A stretch of DNA of 32,969 nt from Candidatus Taylorbacteria bacterium RIFCSPLOWO2_01_FULL_45_15b (lineage in GTDB: Bacteria; Patescibacteriota; Minisyncoccia; Phycocordibacterales; 01-FULL-45-15b): the NCBI GenBank assembly GCA_001822655.1, contig MHRX01000010.1, forward strand, positions 4,200 to 37,168, in the 5' to 3' direction. Each line of letters begins with the position of its first letter. Position 1 is the stretch's first letter. Made by a program: the position numbers and the translations under genes. A model generated the notes under the pieces. That model made no database searches and was not told the DNA's origin. It saw nothing but the letters and a program-made list of their open reading frames with translations. Shown here piece after piece: positions 32,218-32,969 of this stretch.

Positions 32218-32625
32218 TGTGTGAACTCATCCCCTAAGATAACAGGGGATTGGTCGCGTAGCGCGACGCTTAAATCCAGGAATAAAATTACGACTTGCCT
32301 CGGTATTCGACTCACGATTTCCTCGGCGCTTTTCTGACGCACTTTTTTGCGTAGAATCAGCGAGAGTTAATTTTTGTGGGATTCTGATTGTCGGTTGAAA
32401 CAAGCTGACATTCTTGGGTTTAAACATGCTATACCTTGGGTTTATTTTACTGTTGTTTGAGCCAAACCGCCTAACACTGTAGTTTTTTTATCAAATAAAG
32501 TCAATTCAATTGTGGACACGCGAGCTGTAACCTCCTGATCCCTACTATACCTATACACGCGAAGCAATATGGTGATACATAAATATAAAAGATACGCATC
32601 CAGAGAGTGATGGCGCAGGTAATTA

Positions 32626-32790
32626 TTATTTTTTTCTCTTGCTGTATTTTTTTACGACAAGACGAGCAATATCCGGATCCGCGGATGGGGGAAGCGTGTT
32701 TTCCTTTGCAATACCGTCTTCAGGAGTTGGATTTTCGATCCTATCTCGAATTGCGTCAAAATCCGAGCTGAAATCTTTGGGCTTTTCCAT
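32626..32790 (-). CDS. small ORF (54 aa), hypothetical
   Basis: This ORF is not in the track, which appears to cut off at 60 aa. It reads MEKPKDFSSDFDAIRDRIENPTPEDGIAKENTLPPSADPDIARLVVKKYSKRKK and starts 12 nt after the yqeY-like stop codon. No clear RBS. Confidence 0.25.
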   Translation of the reverse strand: MEKPKDFSSDFDAIRDRIENPTPEDGIAKENTLPPSADPDIARLVVKKYSKRKK

Positions 32791-32802
32791 AAAAATCACG
32801 AG

Positions 32803-32969
32803 TTACTTAAAAAGTGATTCAACAACTTCTTTCACATCGGCTCCGGCAGCTTTTCCCTTGAGTTCCTTCATCACCGTCCCGATAAACTGACCGAGCTTTG
32901 ATGCATCCGCAATACCGAGCTCTGCCTTTTTTGCCTCTGCCACTCTTCGTATTTCGTCTTTACTCATAG
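32803..32969 (-). CDS. yqeY: GatB/YqeY domain protein, C-terminal part (5' end outside the window)
   Basis: My own translation of the minus strand gives ...SKDEIRRVAEAKKAELGIADASKLGQFIGTVMKELKGKAAGADVKEVVESLFK*. This matches the YqeY C-terminal pattern (MGKVMG.VM...KGKADG..V...V). The frame is open at the window edge. Confidence 0.7.
   Translation of the reverse strand, partial: MSKDEIRRVAEAKKAELGIADASKLGQFIGTVMKELKGKAAGADVKEVVESLFK

Noticed and set aside
32148-32427. Two overlapping minus-strand ORFs (64 and 66 aa) and a possible minus-strand tRNA near 32225-32330.
   Set aside because: The ORFs are basic, overlap the hairpin-rich leader and lack RBSs. I could not build a cloverleaf, because there is no matching acceptor strand or T-arm, even though ACAGGGGATTGG loosely resembles the T-arm of tRNA-Glu.
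32639-32890. An 83-aa plus-strand ORF at the window end.
   Set aside because: The opposite strand encodes a recognisable YqeY C-terminus (32803-32969) and a further small ORF. The plus-strand ORF is Ser-rich antisense shadow.
1-32969. Alternative genetic code (TGA recoded, as in some CPR lineages).
   Set aside because: The conserved genes end at TGA as well as at TAA and TAG, with sensible lengths (proS, rsmH and ftsI end in TGA). There are no in-frame TGA interruptions in the conserved proteins.

Overview
This is a 33-kb window at about 45% GC. It looks like a contig from a small-genome bacterium, probably of the Patescibacteria/CPR type. That placement is an inference from three things: a class I LysRS, a short ProRS without the insertion domain, and a minimal dcw/mre gene set with many orphan proteins. 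The standard genetic code fits, and TGA is used as a stop.

Most of the window (about 0.4-23.7 kb) is housekeeping:
- priA (-), murA, and an orphan mreB.
- A holB-like gene, frr and rseP.
- proS-mreB-mreC-mreD-mrdA, with overlapping start/stop codons.
- greA and a class I lysyl-tRNA ligase.
- A compact mraZ-rsmH-ftsL-ftsI-murF cluster.

The dcw cluster stops after murF. An accessory stretch follows (about 23.7-32.6 kb) containing:
- A tRNA-Glu(CTC) surrounded by partial tRNA copies and many hairpins and palindromes.
- A histidine-phosphatase-like gene.
- A membrane GT2 processive glycosyltransferase with a clan GH-A hydrolase.
- A divergent pair: an IMPase-fold-like protein and a P-loop (AAA_28/NadR-like)-CYTH fusion.
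- Orphan ORFs.

The window ends inside a yqeY-like gene on the minus strand.

Points most worth follow-up:
1. The IMPase-like / P-loop-CYTH pair. With the nearby histidine-phosphatase-like gene it could be an uncharacterised phospho-nucleotide or polyphosphate module.
2. The tRNA-Glu locus, which has a tRNA-like 5' half, tRNA end fragments and a terminator-bounded non-coding block of about 290 nt.
3. Two 28-bp perfect palindromes 19 kb apart that share the core TACGATATATCGTA.
4. A family of GTTAGTT-word hairpin spacers that fill intergenic gaps in the mre/dcw operons.
5. A PriA whose ATPase/helicase motifs are all degenerate.
6. A structured non-coding region of about 330 nt after the orphan mreB.

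All functional calls come from motif recognition by eye. No searches were run.
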